From a virus (taxonomy: Duplodnaviria; Caudoviricetes), in the IMG/VR virus record IMGVR_UViG_3300015607_004160: a DNA stretch of 64,000 nucleotides. One strand, 5' to 3'. Positions 20,738 to 31,517 of the stretch are shown here, in pieces. The translations under genes and the position numbers were made by a program. A model generated the notes under the pieces. It did not search any database. It had not been told where the DNA came from and saw nothing but the letters and a program-made list of their open reading frames with translations. Position 1 is the stretch's first letter; the number at the start of each line of letters is the position of its first letter.

Positions 20738-22279
20738 TTAATCTTCTTTTTCAATAAGGATTTGTTTTACCTTATTGTTTGTTCTTGAGATAGGTACTTT
20801 TGTACCAATTGAAATCAGAAGTACATTGCCTTTAATCTTAGACAGGTCTAAGTGGTCACAGTATCCATCAGTCAATACGAGTGTATTGAATTGATTGAAG
20901 TGTTCAGCCACATAGTTAATAGCTGGTTGAAGAACAGTACCCCCTAATCCTTTGATAGGAATAGATTCTAAGTGTCTCTTAGATTTGATATTCTGAACCC
21001 ATTTTACTTGTGTATCTGCTTCGATCAAGTTTACTTCAATATCATTACGATAGATGTAAGACAATACACGTTCAAATGTACCACCCATAGAACCAGATGT
21101 ATCAAGGATACAGTTGATCTTCGTCTTGATCTTACGATTGCCTTTTAGACCTTGAATTTGACGACGGTTAGGTTTGGTAACAGTCTTTTGTTTCTTAGTT
21201 CCGAAGATAAGATTTGATACTGAACGTTTGATATGTTTTAAATAATCTTTTCTCTTCTTACGAAGTTTGTTAAGGGTTTGTTCAATATTACCACCTTGAA
21301 GGCCACGTGCCTGGAGTCTTTCCATAGCATCTTTAACCATTGATTCTCGCATTTCTTCTGGAACTTCATCACCCATGTGTACGTCCATGTATTGACCTTC
21401 ATTATTTTCTATATTATCAAAGATTTGATCAAGAGAATATGTGTCAATAGTTCCTTTTTCATTTTTAGGGTCTTTACCGTAAGCACCGTATGAAGGGTTG
21501 CCTTGTGAGTCTTTACCACTCTCACCACCAGTTCCATTACAATCTGGACAAGGTTCGCCTTTACCATGTTGGTGTCCACCTGATTGTTGACCACCACCTT
21601 GTGATTGGTCTTGTGATTGTTGGTCACCTTGACCCTGACCTTCACCTTGTTCGCCTTGGCCTTCACCTTTTTCTTTTCCTTGACCACCTTCTGATGGACC
21701 TTGTTGTCCGGGTTGATTACCTTTACCGCTCTGAGGTTTCTGACCTGTTCCGTTACAAGTAGAACATTTACCGTTCTTTTGCTGCTTTTTACGATGTTCT
21801 TCTTGTTTATCACGAAGCCACTCATAAACTTCTTCAAAGATAAGTTTTCCTTTGTATTCTTTAGGAATAAACAAAGCCATGTTACGTCCTGAGTCATCCT
21901 TAGGAATTTCAACGAAAGTGTTAGGAATATCTTCCCAAATGATATGATTGATAATCATATCTTGAGCAATGTTAGAAAGTTTGTGGTCGTACTGACCAGT
22001 GATAGTACGTTTTGGGTGATTCCAAAGTAAGTGGAAGTCCTCATGAAGAGTAATAAAGTTTACTTCTTTTTGAGAAAGTTTTTCTAGGAATTCAGAATTG
22101 TAATAAAACTGCATTCCTTTTGTGGTCATATTAACGCCACAAGTGGGAAGACTTTTACTCTCATGGAAAGTAACAAAAAGGTTGAAGTTACCGTAGTAGG
22201 GTAAGTTCACCTTAGTATCAATCAACATAACTTGGATTGATTCCATTAACTTTTCGTGAATGTTTTTTAATTGAGTCAT
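20738..22279 (-). CDS. DUF2201-type metallopeptidase-like + VWA domain protein (typical MoxR AAA+ partner)
   Basis: LHEDFH..NIAQDMIIN; two CxxCxGxG motifs flanking a Q/G-rich linker; LDTSGSM, GLGGT, LTDGY. Confidence 0.85.
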   Translation of the reverse strand: MTQLKNIHEKLMESIQVMLIDTKVNLPYYGNFNLFVTFHESKSLPTCGVNMTTKGMQFYYNSEFLEKLSQKEVNFITLHEDFHLLWNHPKRTITGQYDHKLSNIAQDMIINHIIWEDIPNTFVEIPKDDSGRNMALFIPKEYKGKLIFEEVYEWLRDKQEEHRKKQQKNGKCSTCNGTGQKPQSGKGNQPGQQGPSEGGQGKEKGEGQGEQGEGQGQGDQQSQDQSQGGGQQSGGHQHGKGEPCPDCNGTGGESGKDSQGNPSYGAYGKDPKNEKGTIDTYSLDQIFDNIENNEGQYMDVHMGDEVPEEMRESMVKDAMERLQARGLQGGNIEQTLNKLRKKRKDYLKHIKRSVSNLIFGTKKQKTVTKPNRRQIQGLKGNRKIKTKINCILDTSGSMGGTFERVLSYIYRNDIEVNLIEADTQVKWVQNIKSKRHLESIPIKGLGGTVLQPAINYVAEHFNQFNTLVLTDGYCDHLDLSKIKGNVLLISIGTKVPISRTNNKVKQILIEKED

Positions 22280-22305
22280 TTTTATCTTTTATTTTAAATA
22301 TATCA

Positions 22306-22337
22306 CAAAGATATGAAAAGTTTTGATTATAACCAAA
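22306..22337 (-). promoter_or_regulatory. Bacteroidota-type (early) promoter
   Basis: TTTG, 20-nt spacer, TATCTTTG. Confidence 0.7.
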
Positions 22338-22452
22338 ACTTTATTAAAGTATTTATTTGATAACTAATTGTAAATCAATCAATTATTTCCAGTCTTTTAA
22401 ATTTTTTTTCATTTGTAAGGAATTTTTTCAAATATACAAAATTTTTGGCAAA

Positions 22453-22482
22453 TAAAAAAGGGTGACTTTTACATCACCCTTT
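22453..22482 (-). terminator. Intrinsic terminator after fusA
   Basis: AAAGGGTGA..TCACCCTTT hairpin followed by a U-tract on the minus strand. Confidence 0.75.
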
Positions 22483-22485
22483 CAT

Positions 22486-24456
22486 TTAGGCTTTTTCATA
22501 ATGAGAGAAACTCATGTTGAAATCTCCTCGACCAGAAGTATTGCTTCTATGTGTTGTCATATATCCAAACATATTAGATACTGGAACTTTTCCACTAATA
22601 TACTTGATGTTTCCTTTGGTATCAACCTCAGATATGACTCCCTTTCTTCTACTGAAATCACTAATTACCAACCCCATGAATTCTTCAGGTGTTATAATAG
22701 TTATTTTCATTATAGGTTCTAATAAATCAACGCCACATTGCTCTAATACAGAACGATAGGCTTCCTTCGCTACCAATTCAAATGAATAAGAGTCTGAGTC
22801 AACATTATGGAAACTACCATCAAATAATCTAACCTTCATAGATTCAACAGGATATCCATAAACCCCACTCGACATTGAAGTTTTAAATCCCTTTTCAATT
22901 GCAGGAATATATTCTTTTGGAATACTACCACCAACAATTTCATTTATAAATTGCAATCCTTCAACACCTTCGTCAACCGGACCAATTTCAAATTCTATAT
23001 CTGCAAACTTTCCTCTACCACCAGTTTGCTTACTTAAGACTTCTCTGTGAGTAACTGATCTCTTCAATCTTTCTCTATGTGCCACTTTCGGAGCACCTTT
23101 ATTAACCTCGACGTTAAAATCAGTCTTAAGTCTATCAACGATAACTTCCAAGTGAAGCTCTCCCATACCACTAAGAATAGTTTGACCTAGTTCCTCGTCA
23201 CTTCTGACGATTAACGTAGGATCCTCTTCTGTTAATTTATATAAAGCCATTGATATCTTATCAAAGTCAGCCTTTGTCTTAGGCTCAATAGCAATTGATA
23301 TAACCGGATCAGGAAAATTCATAGATTCTAATTGAACAGGATTGTTTGGGTCACATATAGTATCACCAGTTTTATAATCTTTAGATCCAACTATAGCTAC
23401 GATATCTCCAGCAAATGCTTCAGGAATACTATTCTTCACTTGAGCATGCATCTGATATATACGAGATACCCTTTCAACTTTATCACTATTAGAGTTAAGG
23501 ACATAATCTCCTACTTTTAACTTACCAGAATATAATCTGACAAATGTTAATTTACCATGAGTGTCGGATATTATCTTAAACACCAACCCACTAAAAGGAT
23601 CAGAATCGTTATTACCTTTGTCCACTGGACTAGGAAGAATATCTACAACATAGTCAAGTAAAGATTGAACACCTTTATTTTTAAACGCAGACCCACAAAG
23701 AACAGGAACAATAGAATTAGATAAACATCCTTTTCTAAGTGCATCAAGAATATCTTGATTGGTTATCTCTTGTTCATATAAATACTTTTCCATCAGTGAT
23801 AAATCTATATTAGATAAAGATTCTATCATGATATGACGATACTGATTAGACATTTCTTGATATTCATCAGGTATATCTAAATATTCAATATATTCACCAT
23901 TTTCACCATTTTGTATAACAGCCTTCATTTTAATTAGATCAATTATACCAGTGAAATTATCTTCAGCACCAATTGGAAGTTGAATAGCGATTGGATTAGC
24001 ATTCAATTTATCTTTAATCTGTTTTACAACATTTAGATAATCAGATCCAATTCTATCCATTTTATTAACGAATGCAATACGGCTTACACCATACTCATTA
24101 GCTAATCTCCAGTTAGTTTCAGATTGAGGTTCAACACCATCAACCGCAGAGAATAAGAAAACTAATCCATCTAACACACGAAGAGATCTATTCACCTCAA
24201 CAGTAAAGTCAACGTGACCTGGGGTATCAATGATATTAACTTTATTGTCATTCCAATAGCAAGTAGTCGCTGCTGAGGTAATAGTTATACCTCTTTCTTT
24301 TTCTTGCTTAGTATAATCCATGGACGTGTCACCATCATGTACTTCACCCATTTTGTGATTTACACCTGTGTAATAAAGTATTCTTTCAGTTAAAGTAGTT
24401 TTTCCTGAATCAATGTGCGCAACTATCCCAATATTTCTCGTTTTAAGAGTTTTCAT
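22486..24456 (-). CDS. fusA: Elongation factor G
   Basis: [62 protein letters not shown]. Confidence 0.97.
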   Translation of the reverse strand: MKTLKTRNIGIVAHIDSGKTTLTERILYYTGVNHKMGEVHDGDTSMDYTKQEKERGITITSAATTCYWNDNKVNIIDTPGHVDFTVEVNRSLRVLDGLVFLFSAVDGVEPQSETNWRLANEYGVSRIAFVNKMDRIGSDYLNVVKQIKDKLNANPIAIQLPIGAEDNFTGIIDLIKMKAVIQNGENGEYIEYLDIPDEYQEMSNQYRHIMIESLSNIDLSLMEKYLYEQEITNQDILDALRKGCLSNSIVPVLCGSAFKNKGVQSLLDYVVDILPSPVDKGNNDSDPFSGLVFKIISDTHGKLTFVRLYSGKLKVGDYVLNSNSDKVERVSRIYQMHAQVKNSIPEAFAGDIVAIVGSKDYKTGDTICDPNNPVQLESMNFPDPVISIAIEPKTKADFDKISMALYKLTEEDPTLIVRSDEELGQTILSGMGELHLEVIVDRLKTDFNVEVNKGAPKVAHRERLKRSVTHREVLSKQTGGRGKFADIEFEIGPVDEGVEGLQFINEIVGGSIPKEYIPAIEKGFKTSMSSGVYGYPVESMKVRLFDGSFHNVDSDSYSFELVAKEAYRSVLEQCGVDLLEPIMKITIITPEEFMGLVISDFSRRKGVISEVDTKGNIKYISGKVPVSNMFGYMTTHRSNTSGRGDFNMSFSHYEKA

Positions 24457-24459
24457 AAT

Positions 24460-24613
24460 TTTGTTTTTGTGTTTTTAGACACAATAATCCTGAGGCCCAA
24501 CCTTTCGGTTATAGTGTTACAGTAAATTTTTTGAAAATAGGATTCCGAGCCAATCATCGGGGATTTTGATGATTGGATTATACAACAGCGCGTATTCTTC
24601 GATTCGTTTTCAT
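24460..24613 (-). promoter_or_regulatory. Structured 5' leader of fusA with 11-codon uORF (MKTNRRIRAVV, 24578-24613)
   Basis: uORF stop is followed by a 9-bp hairpin (24550-24576) and an AACC-GAAA-GGTT hairpin (24499-24510). Confidence 0.55.
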
Positions 24614-24685
24614 TTTTAAAGAGAAAGTGGTCATTTTTAACCACTTTTATAATATGTATATATTAAATTATTTTTCCTAAGTTTA

Positions 24686-24716
24686 CAAAGATACGAATAT
24701 TTTTGAAAATAACAAA
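24686..24716 (-). promoter_or_regulatory. Bacteroidota-type promoter for fusA (TAATATATA also at 24657-24665)
   Basis: TTTG, 19-nt spacer, TATCTTTG. Confidence 0.7.
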
Positions 24717-24717
24717 T

Positions 24718-24891
24718 TATTTTTTGACTATTTGTTCAACACCATCAAGGGTATTCTAAAATATCAAATCCTTTATCACCATTACTTAATTTACATGTAA
24801 ATACTATAAACCAATTAATATCAGATCATTTTGACTATGACTGTCATCATAGTCAAGATATTCTTGCGCGAAATTTTTTTAAATATTTCAT
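24718..24891 (-). pseudogene. Disrupted remnant of an N-tagged gene (MKYLKKF...)
   Basis: Tag start overlaps the adk stop. Fragments WFIVFTC and TLDGVEQIV in other frames resemble EWFELSC/CDQMEGM of 38133..39674. Confidence 0.45.
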
Positions 24892-25460
24892 AGTGATTTT
24901 ATAGATTGATTTAGCACTTCAATTGGACTTAACTCTGCATTCACTTCACAAAGCTTTCCACTTCTTTCATAAAAATCAACTAGTGGTTTGGTTTGTTCTT
25001 CAAATTCTTTAAATCTCCTTTCTATTACCTCATCACTCATATCATCTTTTCTATTTTCCTTCTCAGCTCTTTTTTTTATTCTTTCTTTAGCTGTCTTTTC
25101 CGATAGCTTAAGATATATAACAGATTTTAAATCAATATTGATTTCCTCTAATAGTGACTCTAACTGATGTGCTTGATTTATAGTTCTTGGAAAACCATCT
25201 AAGATAATATTCTTACTTGAATCCTTTTTTATTTCATCTTTAAGTAGTCTAAAAATAATGTTATCTGGAACAAGTGTTCCCTGTGCCCTATAGACACTTT
25301 TTAATTCTGGATCATTTGAATTTCTAATTAAATCACCAGTGGATATATGAACAAAGTTATCTATTGGAATTAATGCTTTAGCAAGTGTTCCTTTACCCGA
25401 CCCAGGAGACCCAACTAATGAAACACAATATTTTTTGAAAAATGGTTTAATATATTTCAT
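24888..25460 (-). CDS. adk: Adenylate kinase
   Basis: GSPGSGKGT, HISTGDLIR, LVPD, LDGFPRT..QA, RKDD. Confidence 0.92.
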   Translation of the reverse strand: MKYIKPFFKKYCVSLVGSPGSGKGTLAKALIPIDNFVHISTGDLIRNSNDPELKSVYRAQGTLVPDNIIFRLLKDEIKKDSSKNIILDGFPRTINQAHQLESLLEEINIDLKSVIYLKLSEKTAKERIKKRAEKENRKDDMSDEVIERRFKEFEEQTKPLVDFYERSGKLCEVNAELSPIEVLNQSIKSL

Positions 25461-25918
25461 ATATTTAAGTTTCGACTAATTTTAATAAAATTAACTGATT
25501 CCGAATAATATCCGTTTGACTCACCCAACCATCTTAAAGTAACATATCCTTTAATTGTAGCCAAATTATAAAATGTCCATGTGTATGAGTCATTGCCATA
25601 CCCCACATTATCTGGCTCATCACCTACATCCTCAGAAGACTTAAGTATTGGATTACCAATTAAATCTTCTAGATCTCCTACAATATCATATAATCGAACA
25701 TACTCACAACAGTCTTGATCGTGATACATACAATAATTATTACCACTTTCACAATAAAATGCAATTTCTGTACTATTCCTATTTATTACAATGTCAAAAA
25801 TCGTTTCACCAATTAAAGATGATACCTCACATCTTCCTAATTTTCTATAAACTAGTGAATGTTGGTGCCCAATAAATTCGTCATTAGATTTTGATTCGTA
25901 ATATTTTATATATTTCAC
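25457..25918 (-). CDS. Conserved phage protein with N-terminal tag (MKYIKYYES)
   Basis: YHDQDCCE..TWTFY..W.GESNGYYSE motif set, familiar from phage proteins. Confidence 0.7.
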   Translation of the reverse strand: MKYIKYYESKSNDEFIGHQHSLVYRKLGRCEVSSLIGETIFDIVINRNSTEIAFYCESGNNYCMYHDQDCCEYVRLYDIVGDLEDLIGNPILKSSEDVGDEPDNVGYGNDSYTWTFYNLATIKGYVTLRWLGESNGYYSESVNFIKISRNLNI

Positions 25919-25922
25919 AGCA

Positions 25923-26726
25923 TTATATCTTGACTTTTATGATATCACCAACAAATGATACATATTCAACTCCAATTGATTTCAACTCAGTATCTAAATT
26001 AAACTTCTCAGATGCCCTTAACTCTTTTTTAAAGACTAAGGTCTTTTCAGGTTTGTCACCATCCAAGTTAGCTTTAGATTCTTCTACTAACTTTTCTTCA
26101 ATTTGGAATTTCTTAAGAATATCAGATACTTTCTCTGTCAGTGTTTTTTCTGATAATTCTTTTGGTCTCCATCTGCTTCCCTTCCATTCACCTTCATATG
26201 ATTTTTGAAATTCAATTTCCTTTCCTGTGTTATTTGAAAAATAAGCATCTAGAATATATGGTGAATTTTCGGAATAAACCCAACCATCTTCATCAATTAT
26301 ATCTTTTACTATATCCCAATAGTTAAATTTTCCATTTGGGTCAGAATAGGCCCTTTCAAATCTATTATCAAATTCTACTGATTCATTTACTAATTGAATA
26401 TCTTCATTTGATTCTAAAGATTCAAAGTAAGCTGAGTCCATTTTCTTTTTAGATAAGATTTCAAATATATCATTAGCAGCATTTTCGATATTTGATTTAC
26501 GTTCAATTTTATCAGAAGACTCATTGATTGGATTTACATAATAAGACCATTTAACAACATTGTTATTAAGTTCAGGCTTAGAAATTTCTACCTTAACTTG
26601 TGCTTTTTTAGAAGATGCAACTACCTCAAAAAAATAGTTACCCTTATTTGATTTTTCTGAAATTCTTACAGATTCAAATAAATTTTTTAAATCATAATCG
26701 ATTTTATTGATGTTTTCTTTTATCAT
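25923..26726 (-). CDS. Hypothetical protein
   Basis: 267-aa ORF with several xNES/xFES motifs. Confidence 0.7.
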   Translation of the reverse strand: MIKENINKIDYDLKNLFESVRISEKSNKGNYFFEVVASSKKAQVKVEISKPELNNNVVKWSYYVNPINESSDKIERKSNIENAANDIFEILSKKKMDSAYFESLESNEDIQLVNESVEFDNRFERAYSDPNGKFNYWDIVKDIIDEDGWVYSENSPYILDAYFSNNTGKEIEFQKSYEGEWKGSRWRPKELSEKTLTEKVSDILKKFQIEEKLVEESKANLDGDKPEKTLVFKKELRASEKFNLDTELKSIGVEYVSFVGDIIKVKI

Positions 26727-26730
26727 ATCT

Positions 26731-27183
26731 TTATTTCTTTTTTATTATTTCTTTTTTAAGCTCAGTGGATATCCATATATATTTTTCATCATTTACGACA
26801 TCTCCAATTTCTAATAATATGTCCTCCAAATAATCTTCTTTTTCGTTATTACCACAAGACAAAAAATCATTAACATATCCATTTAAATTGGGATTTTTTA
26901 ATGAATATAGGTACTCTATAACATTTTTATTTTCTTTTATCATAAAAAATTCATTGAATTTAATAACACTTTCTGCATACAAAGGCAGTCCATCATGTTT
27001 AGTTTTGGCGAAAGATTTTAAATTTTTTAATCCGTTCTTTTTATTTTTCTTTGTAAACGATTTTGCAATATCTCTTATACTGTCAGGACAATTATCTGCT
27101 TTTCCAGTAGCGCAAGCATAGGCATACCCCATAAGTTTTCTTTGTTGCACAGAAACTGCTTTTTTTCTTTTTGCTTTACTCAT
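26731..27183 (-). CDS. Hypothetical protein with internal tag (AESVIKFNEF)
   Basis: AVSVQQRKLMG..FAKTKHDGLP motif; TAATATATA at 27189-27197. Confidence 0.65.
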   Translation of the reverse strand: MSKAKRKKAVSVQQRKLMGYAYACATGKADNCPDSIRDIAKSFTKKNKKNGLKNLKSFAKTKHDGLPLYAESVIKFNEFFMIKENKNVIEYLYSLKNPNLNGYVNDFLSCGNNEKEDYLEDILLEIGDVVNDEKYIWISTELKKEIIKKK

Positions 27184-27241
27184 AAAGATATATATTAAAA
27201 AGATAAAATTGCATTTTAAATGCTCTCTATCTAACATCTCT

Positions 27242-27847
27242 TTATGATATATTTATGATAGATTCAATGTGTGATCGTTTTCTATTTTCAAGTGTGGTAA
27301 ATCTTTTCTCTTGTTCTTTATCAAAGTAAAGGGTCATTTCACGAGCGTGAATATGTGGAATATAAACTTCATAATATAAATTTCGATCACCGGTGTCAAT
27401 TAGAGTGAACCCGTTTTCATTACTACTTGATTGTAAAACAACTAGAAGAGATCCTCGTTGAATAGATCTTTTAATATAAATAGATTTATAAAAACTATAG
27501 TTTAATTGAGTTGATTTATCTTTTAATAGAATATCCCAATTTATGATAGATTTTTCCTGTAAGGTACTCAATTCGGTCTTTTCACTATTGATTGTAAAGT
27601 CTATCTTTTTAAACATCTTATTTAGTCTAAGTACTTTCCTAAGTAAGTAAAATTTTAGTACTCTTATATTTCTAAACTTAAGTTTATATAAGGCTATTAG
27701 AAATAGGGAGTATCCTAAAAAATAATAACCCAATGGTATCATATACCATTGGGGATCATTAGATCTAAATAAGTGTTCTATTCCTGAGGTAAGAAAGGAT
27801 AAAACGCCTGAAATAATAGTTATTATTAAGAATAGAATAATCTGCAT
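27242..27847 (-). CDS. Hypothetical membrane protein
   Basis: Two N-terminal hydrophobic segments. Confidence 0.65.
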   Translation of the reverse strand: MQIILFLIITIISGVLSFLTSGIEHLFRSNDPQWYMIPLGYYFLGYSLFLIALYKLKFRNIRVLKFYLLRKVLRLNKMFKKIDFTINSEKTELSTLQEKSIINWDILLKDKSTQLNYSFYKSIYIKRSIQRGSLLVVLQSSSNENGFTLIDTGDRNLYYEVYIPHIHAREMTLYFDKEQEKRFTTLENRKRSHIESIINIS

Positions 27848-27874
27848 GTTAATTATAGTACGAATTAAAAAAGT

Positions 27875-29632
27875 TTATTTTATTACATCATCAATCTTAA
27901 TATCACGAAGAACCTCAACAGGAAGACTAAGATCATCATTTAATTTGATAATATTAAATCCACCTGGAATATTAATCACAACATCACAACCACCTCTAAC
28001 TTGATGTTGAATATAATCCGATAAATCGAATTTGGTATTATATATAGCAGTATTAGTTTGATTATAGATAACTGCCGCGATTCCAATAGTTCCCCTAAAA
28101 TTCGGAATTAAAACTCCTCCTACAATTTCGCATTCAGTCATTTCGTCACCTTTTTCTTCTTGTAATTTTTGATACTCTTTTAATGTCATAACCGATCCGA
28201 ATCCAGTTGAACTTAGATATCTAACAATTTTTTTATCATTTTGATGAATTTCAAATGAGGTTTCATCATCTGTTATTTCAAATTTAGTACCAACGTCCTG
28301 ATAATCACCAAGAATTACTATATCTGTAGGTGTGCCGAATTCAACAAGACTTTTAAATTTTTCTTCCGTACCTTCTTCTAGTTTATTAATTAGTTTTTCT
28401 TCGTTTTGTTTTTCAGCAGACTCGTTGGTGTCGTCACTTCCATACATAGCAAAGTAGGAATTACTACCACACATTTTATCAAATTCCGGATCTTGTGAAA
28501 ATCCGTACTTAATCATTTTATCAACAATATCATGCCATTTAAGATCCCCGTTATAGACCAATTTTTCATTATCAAGAGAAGTCCCAATTTTCTGCAATGA
28601 TAATTTAATATCGTCAGGTAAACTATTGTAGTCAGTAATTTCAGCCAGTACATCTATGCTTTTAGCACCAATTCTGATTTGATATTCACCCGCCTCAAAC
28701 AACTTCATAAAAGCATCAGCATTAATACTTTTGAGTTTAGATACCTTATCATAAATTAATTTGGCAGTTGCTTCGTCTAATACAATTTTTTCATTTAATT
28801 GTTCAGATACAAAAAAGTAATATCCATTAGGTTCTGTAGGCGGCTGAAGTGAATCAATCCTTGATTCTAATACTCGAATATCAGTTTTTGCGGTTTCAAT
28901 CTTCCCTTCAGCTTGAACTTTTTCATACTGATACCTTTTCAACTCTTGGGTTTGTTGGTCAAGCCTGTTTTTTAATTCGTTTAGTTTTTCTTCTTTCATT
29001 TTAGCAAAAGATTCTTCCATAGCCTTCTGTGCATCAGATTTAATTTCTTCATCTGACTCTCCCTCAAACTCACGATTGATTTCTTCATCATTTTCGGATG
29101 AAAGTAAAGTTTCAGCGAGTGATTGTTCTCCCTCATCAAACATTGATAGAAGGTCGCTTAATTTTGAATTCTGCTCATCAGAAACCTCAATAGTATCTTC
29201 ATCATCAAAAATAGATGCTAATTTAGAAATGGGAGTTTGATATTCAACCGCGAGATAGAGGCTGATTTCTTTATCTTTAATTTTCTGAACTGATTTAAAT
29301 GGAAGTTCAGTAACAACCATATTGTTGTTAAACATACTGATTGTTTTTTCAGAAATCACATCTAAAAGACGTTCTCTTTGTTCAACAGTAGTTTTATTTG
29401 TATCAACTTCATCAAAGTTAACAGTTCCTTCATCACAAATAGTTAATTTGAGTGTGATACCATCCATATCCAATCCGGATAAGTGCTTAGCTTCAATAAG
29501 TGCTTCATCTGCGTGAAATTGAATGTTTCCACGTCCACCAACAAATTCAAGAAACTTTTCCTTTGGTTTGAATTGACCAATTACCTTTTCTTTCGGTTGA
29601 TCTTGTACTTGTTCTGTGTTTACATTATCCAT
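27875..29632 (-). CDS. Coiled-coil hypothetical protein with C-terminal tag (RDIKIDDVIK)
   Basis: 585 aa; TATCTTTG promoter element at 29652-29659. Confidence 0.75.
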   Translation of the reverse strand: MDNVNTEQVQDQPKEKVIGQFKPKEKFLEFVGGRGNIQFHADEALIEAKHLSGLDMDGITLKLTICDEGTVNFDEVDTNKTTVEQRERLLDVISEKTISMFNNNMVVTELPFKSVQKIKDKEISLYLAVEYQTPISKLASIFDDEDTIEVSDEQNSKLSDLLSMFDEGEQSLAETLLSSENDEEINREFEGESDEEIKSDAQKAMEESFAKMKEEKLNELKNRLDQQTQELKRYQYEKVQAEGKIETAKTDIRVLESRIDSLQPPTEPNGYYFFVSEQLNEKIVLDEATAKLIYDKVSKLKSINADAFMKLFEAGEYQIRIGAKSIDVLAEITDYNSLPDDIKLSLQKIGTSLDNEKLVYNGDLKWHDIVDKMIKYGFSQDPEFDKMCGSNSYFAMYGSDDTNESAEKQNEEKLINKLEEGTEEKFKSLVEFGTPTDIVILGDYQDVGTKFEITDDETSFEIHQNDKKIVRYLSSTGFGSVMTLKEYQKLQEEKGDEMTECEIVGGVLIPNFRGTIGIAAVIYNQTNTAIYNTKFDLSDYIQHQVRGGCDVVINIPGGFNIIKLNDDLSLPVEVLRDIKIDDVIK

Positions 29633-29691
29633 ATTTTTAGTTTTATTTTTACAAAGATACGATTATAAATTCACATCTTAAAATTTATAAG

Positions 29692-30096
29692 TTATTGATT
29701 ATCAATTATTTCGTCAATACCAATCTCTCTTCTCTTAATAAGAGCTTCTTCATCACTTAAGGGAGGTGGTATTTTTTCGCCTTTGGAATTAATAAGATTT
29801 TGTACTTTAATAAATTTATCACCAGTTTCTTTACCAAGCTCTATCATATCCGTGTCTGCTATTTCAAAATCATCACCAGATAAGTCAGGAAGACAATCAT
29901 ATATAATTTGTAATTCCGGTCCAAATTTTTCAAAGTTCTTCATAACAACTGGATCATCATCATCATAAGAGTCAGTGGATAAAACTAAAAGAAGAAGCAA
30001 TTCTTTTCTACTTAGCTGCTTCATCTTTTCCACTTGACTAATTACATTAAAATTTTGATAAATGTCAATAAATAAGTCACTTACTTCTTTATTCAT
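29692..30096 (-). CDS. Hypothetical protein with C-terminal tag (REIGIDEII)
   Basis: 134-aa ORF. Confidence 0.7.
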   Translation of the reverse strand: MNKEVSDLFIDIYQNFNVISQVEKMKQLSRKELLLLLVLSTDSYDDDDPVVMKNFEKFGPELQIIYDCLPDLSGDDFEIADTDMIELGKETGDKFIKVQNLINSKGEKIPPPLSDEEALIKRREIGIDEIIDNQ

Positions 30097-30427
30097 TTTC
30101 TAATAGTTTTGATATTACGTAATCACGGTATTCTTTTGGAACATCTTTGGATCCAATAGTTTTACCTGCTTCACCAGTGACGGAACCTAATTCAAATGCC
30201 TTACGGAAAAATGCCTCAAAAATGGTATCATTCTCAAGTTCTTTAGCTGCCATTGCTCGGTTGATTGCTTTAGTTTCATCAGTAATTAAATTAGCCTGAC
30301 GATAAGCCAGTTGTTCCTCAACTTTCTTATCACCACCGGCTTTTGTAATTATATCCTTAACGCGAGTATAATTTTTTAAAAATTCTTTCTCTGATTGACC
30401 TTTGATTTTTTTTGATCTTGTTGCCAT
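30089..30427 (-). CDS. Hypothetical protein with C-terminal tag variant (RDYVISKLL)
   Basis: 112-aa ORF; TTCGTATCTTTA upstream. Confidence 0.7.
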   Translation of the reverse strand: MATRSKKIKGQSEKEFLKNYTRVKDIITKAGGDKKVEEQLAYRQANLITDETKAINRAMAAKELENDTIFEAFFRKAFELGSVTGEAGKTIGSKDVPKEYRDYVISKLLENE

Positions 30428-30497
30428 AATGTTTATTTAAATTAATTTTAACGCAATTTGGTCGCAATTTTTCATCTTATAAAGATACGAAGATTTT

Positions 30498-30920
30498 TTA
30501 ATAAATGAAAAAATCTTTTAGATGTGAGACATCTTCACAGATAATTGATATATCGAGGCTTCTTCTGAAATCGGGATTATATTTATATCTATTGGTATTT
30601 TTTAGGAAATTTAAAATTGTATTCATTTCGGATGTAGAATCAGTGACCTTATCATACACTGTTATTTCTTGTATATAGTCAGTGGTGTCTGAAAAAAATT
30701 GATATTCCTTTACATTAAAAACTGTACCAAGCGTTATATCTACATCTAATTCTGACCTATTGATAATACCAAATGTTAGGTTTTGTGTTATATAACCAAC
30801 TTTATCGTTTTCTATTTCACATATAATATATTTTGTTCCATAGTCAAATAGCCGATAATGAATTAATCCTTTATCAACTAATATGTATCTATTTTCAAAC
30901 AAAAATTTACTATTCATCAA
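30498..30920 (-). CDS. Hypothetical protein
   Basis: 140-aa ORF in operon. Confidence 0.65.
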   Translation of the reverse strand: MMNSKFLFENRYILVDKGLIHYRLFDYGTKYIICEIENDKVGYITQNLTFGIINRSELDVDITLGTVFNVKEYQFFSDTTDYIQEITVYDKVTDSTSEMNTILNFLKNTNRYKYNPDFRRSLDISIICEDVSHLKDFFIY

Positions 30921-31517
30921 AATCTGCTAAAGGTGTATCTTGAAGTAATCTTTTTCTATCCTTATTTCTCGCCTTCTTTGTATCTGTAGAAGTATACATA
31001 GTGGAGGGAACCATATAAGTTTGATTTAGATCAACTGGCTGACGATAAGACTCTAATTTGAAATTATCATTTGCTAATTCTTTAACTATTGATAACATGT
31101 GTTGTCTAATGTCTAAACTATTTAGCACATCTAGAGCATATCCGTATTTGTGTGCCATATAGTTTATAAAAGACATAGGAATATAAAGATATCCGTTGTC
31201 TTTGACATTATACCAAAAGTCTAAATTAACAGCAAGTTCTTTTGGAACAAGTATTGATAATTCTGTTTTAATTGTTTCTAACATATTTATATTTTTAAAA
31301 AGATGATGAGCGTGCCCGCGATTCTGTTTTATTCTATCATTTATCTCACCTTGCGGTGGCCTTTCGGCTGCCCTAACCCGACCATTATTGAGAAACCGAC
31401 ACTCTAGGTCTGTACAGGTTGCTACTTCTTTGGTATAACGACTTATTAGGTCTTCCAAATTAGGTTTTGTAGTCGCGAAGTTCCTCTAGTTTTCACCAGC
31501 GATAGATCCTCTTTCAT
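30910..31517 (-). CDS. Hypothetical protein; 5' end interrupted by apparent single-base insertions
   Basis: Removing two bases gives MKEDLSLVKLEELRDYKTNLEDLISRY from ATG 31517, which overlaps the upstream stop. Confidence 0.55.

Noticed and set aside
24453-24644. 63-aa GTG-start ORF upstream of fusA
   Set aside because: It crosses the structured leader; the short ATG uORF with hairpins explains the region better.
27242-27280. C-tag in 27242..27847 (KRSHIESII), and similar weak matches in 7502..8236 and 30498..30920
   Set aside because: The Arg register is off or absent, or the match is too degenerate; excluded from the count.
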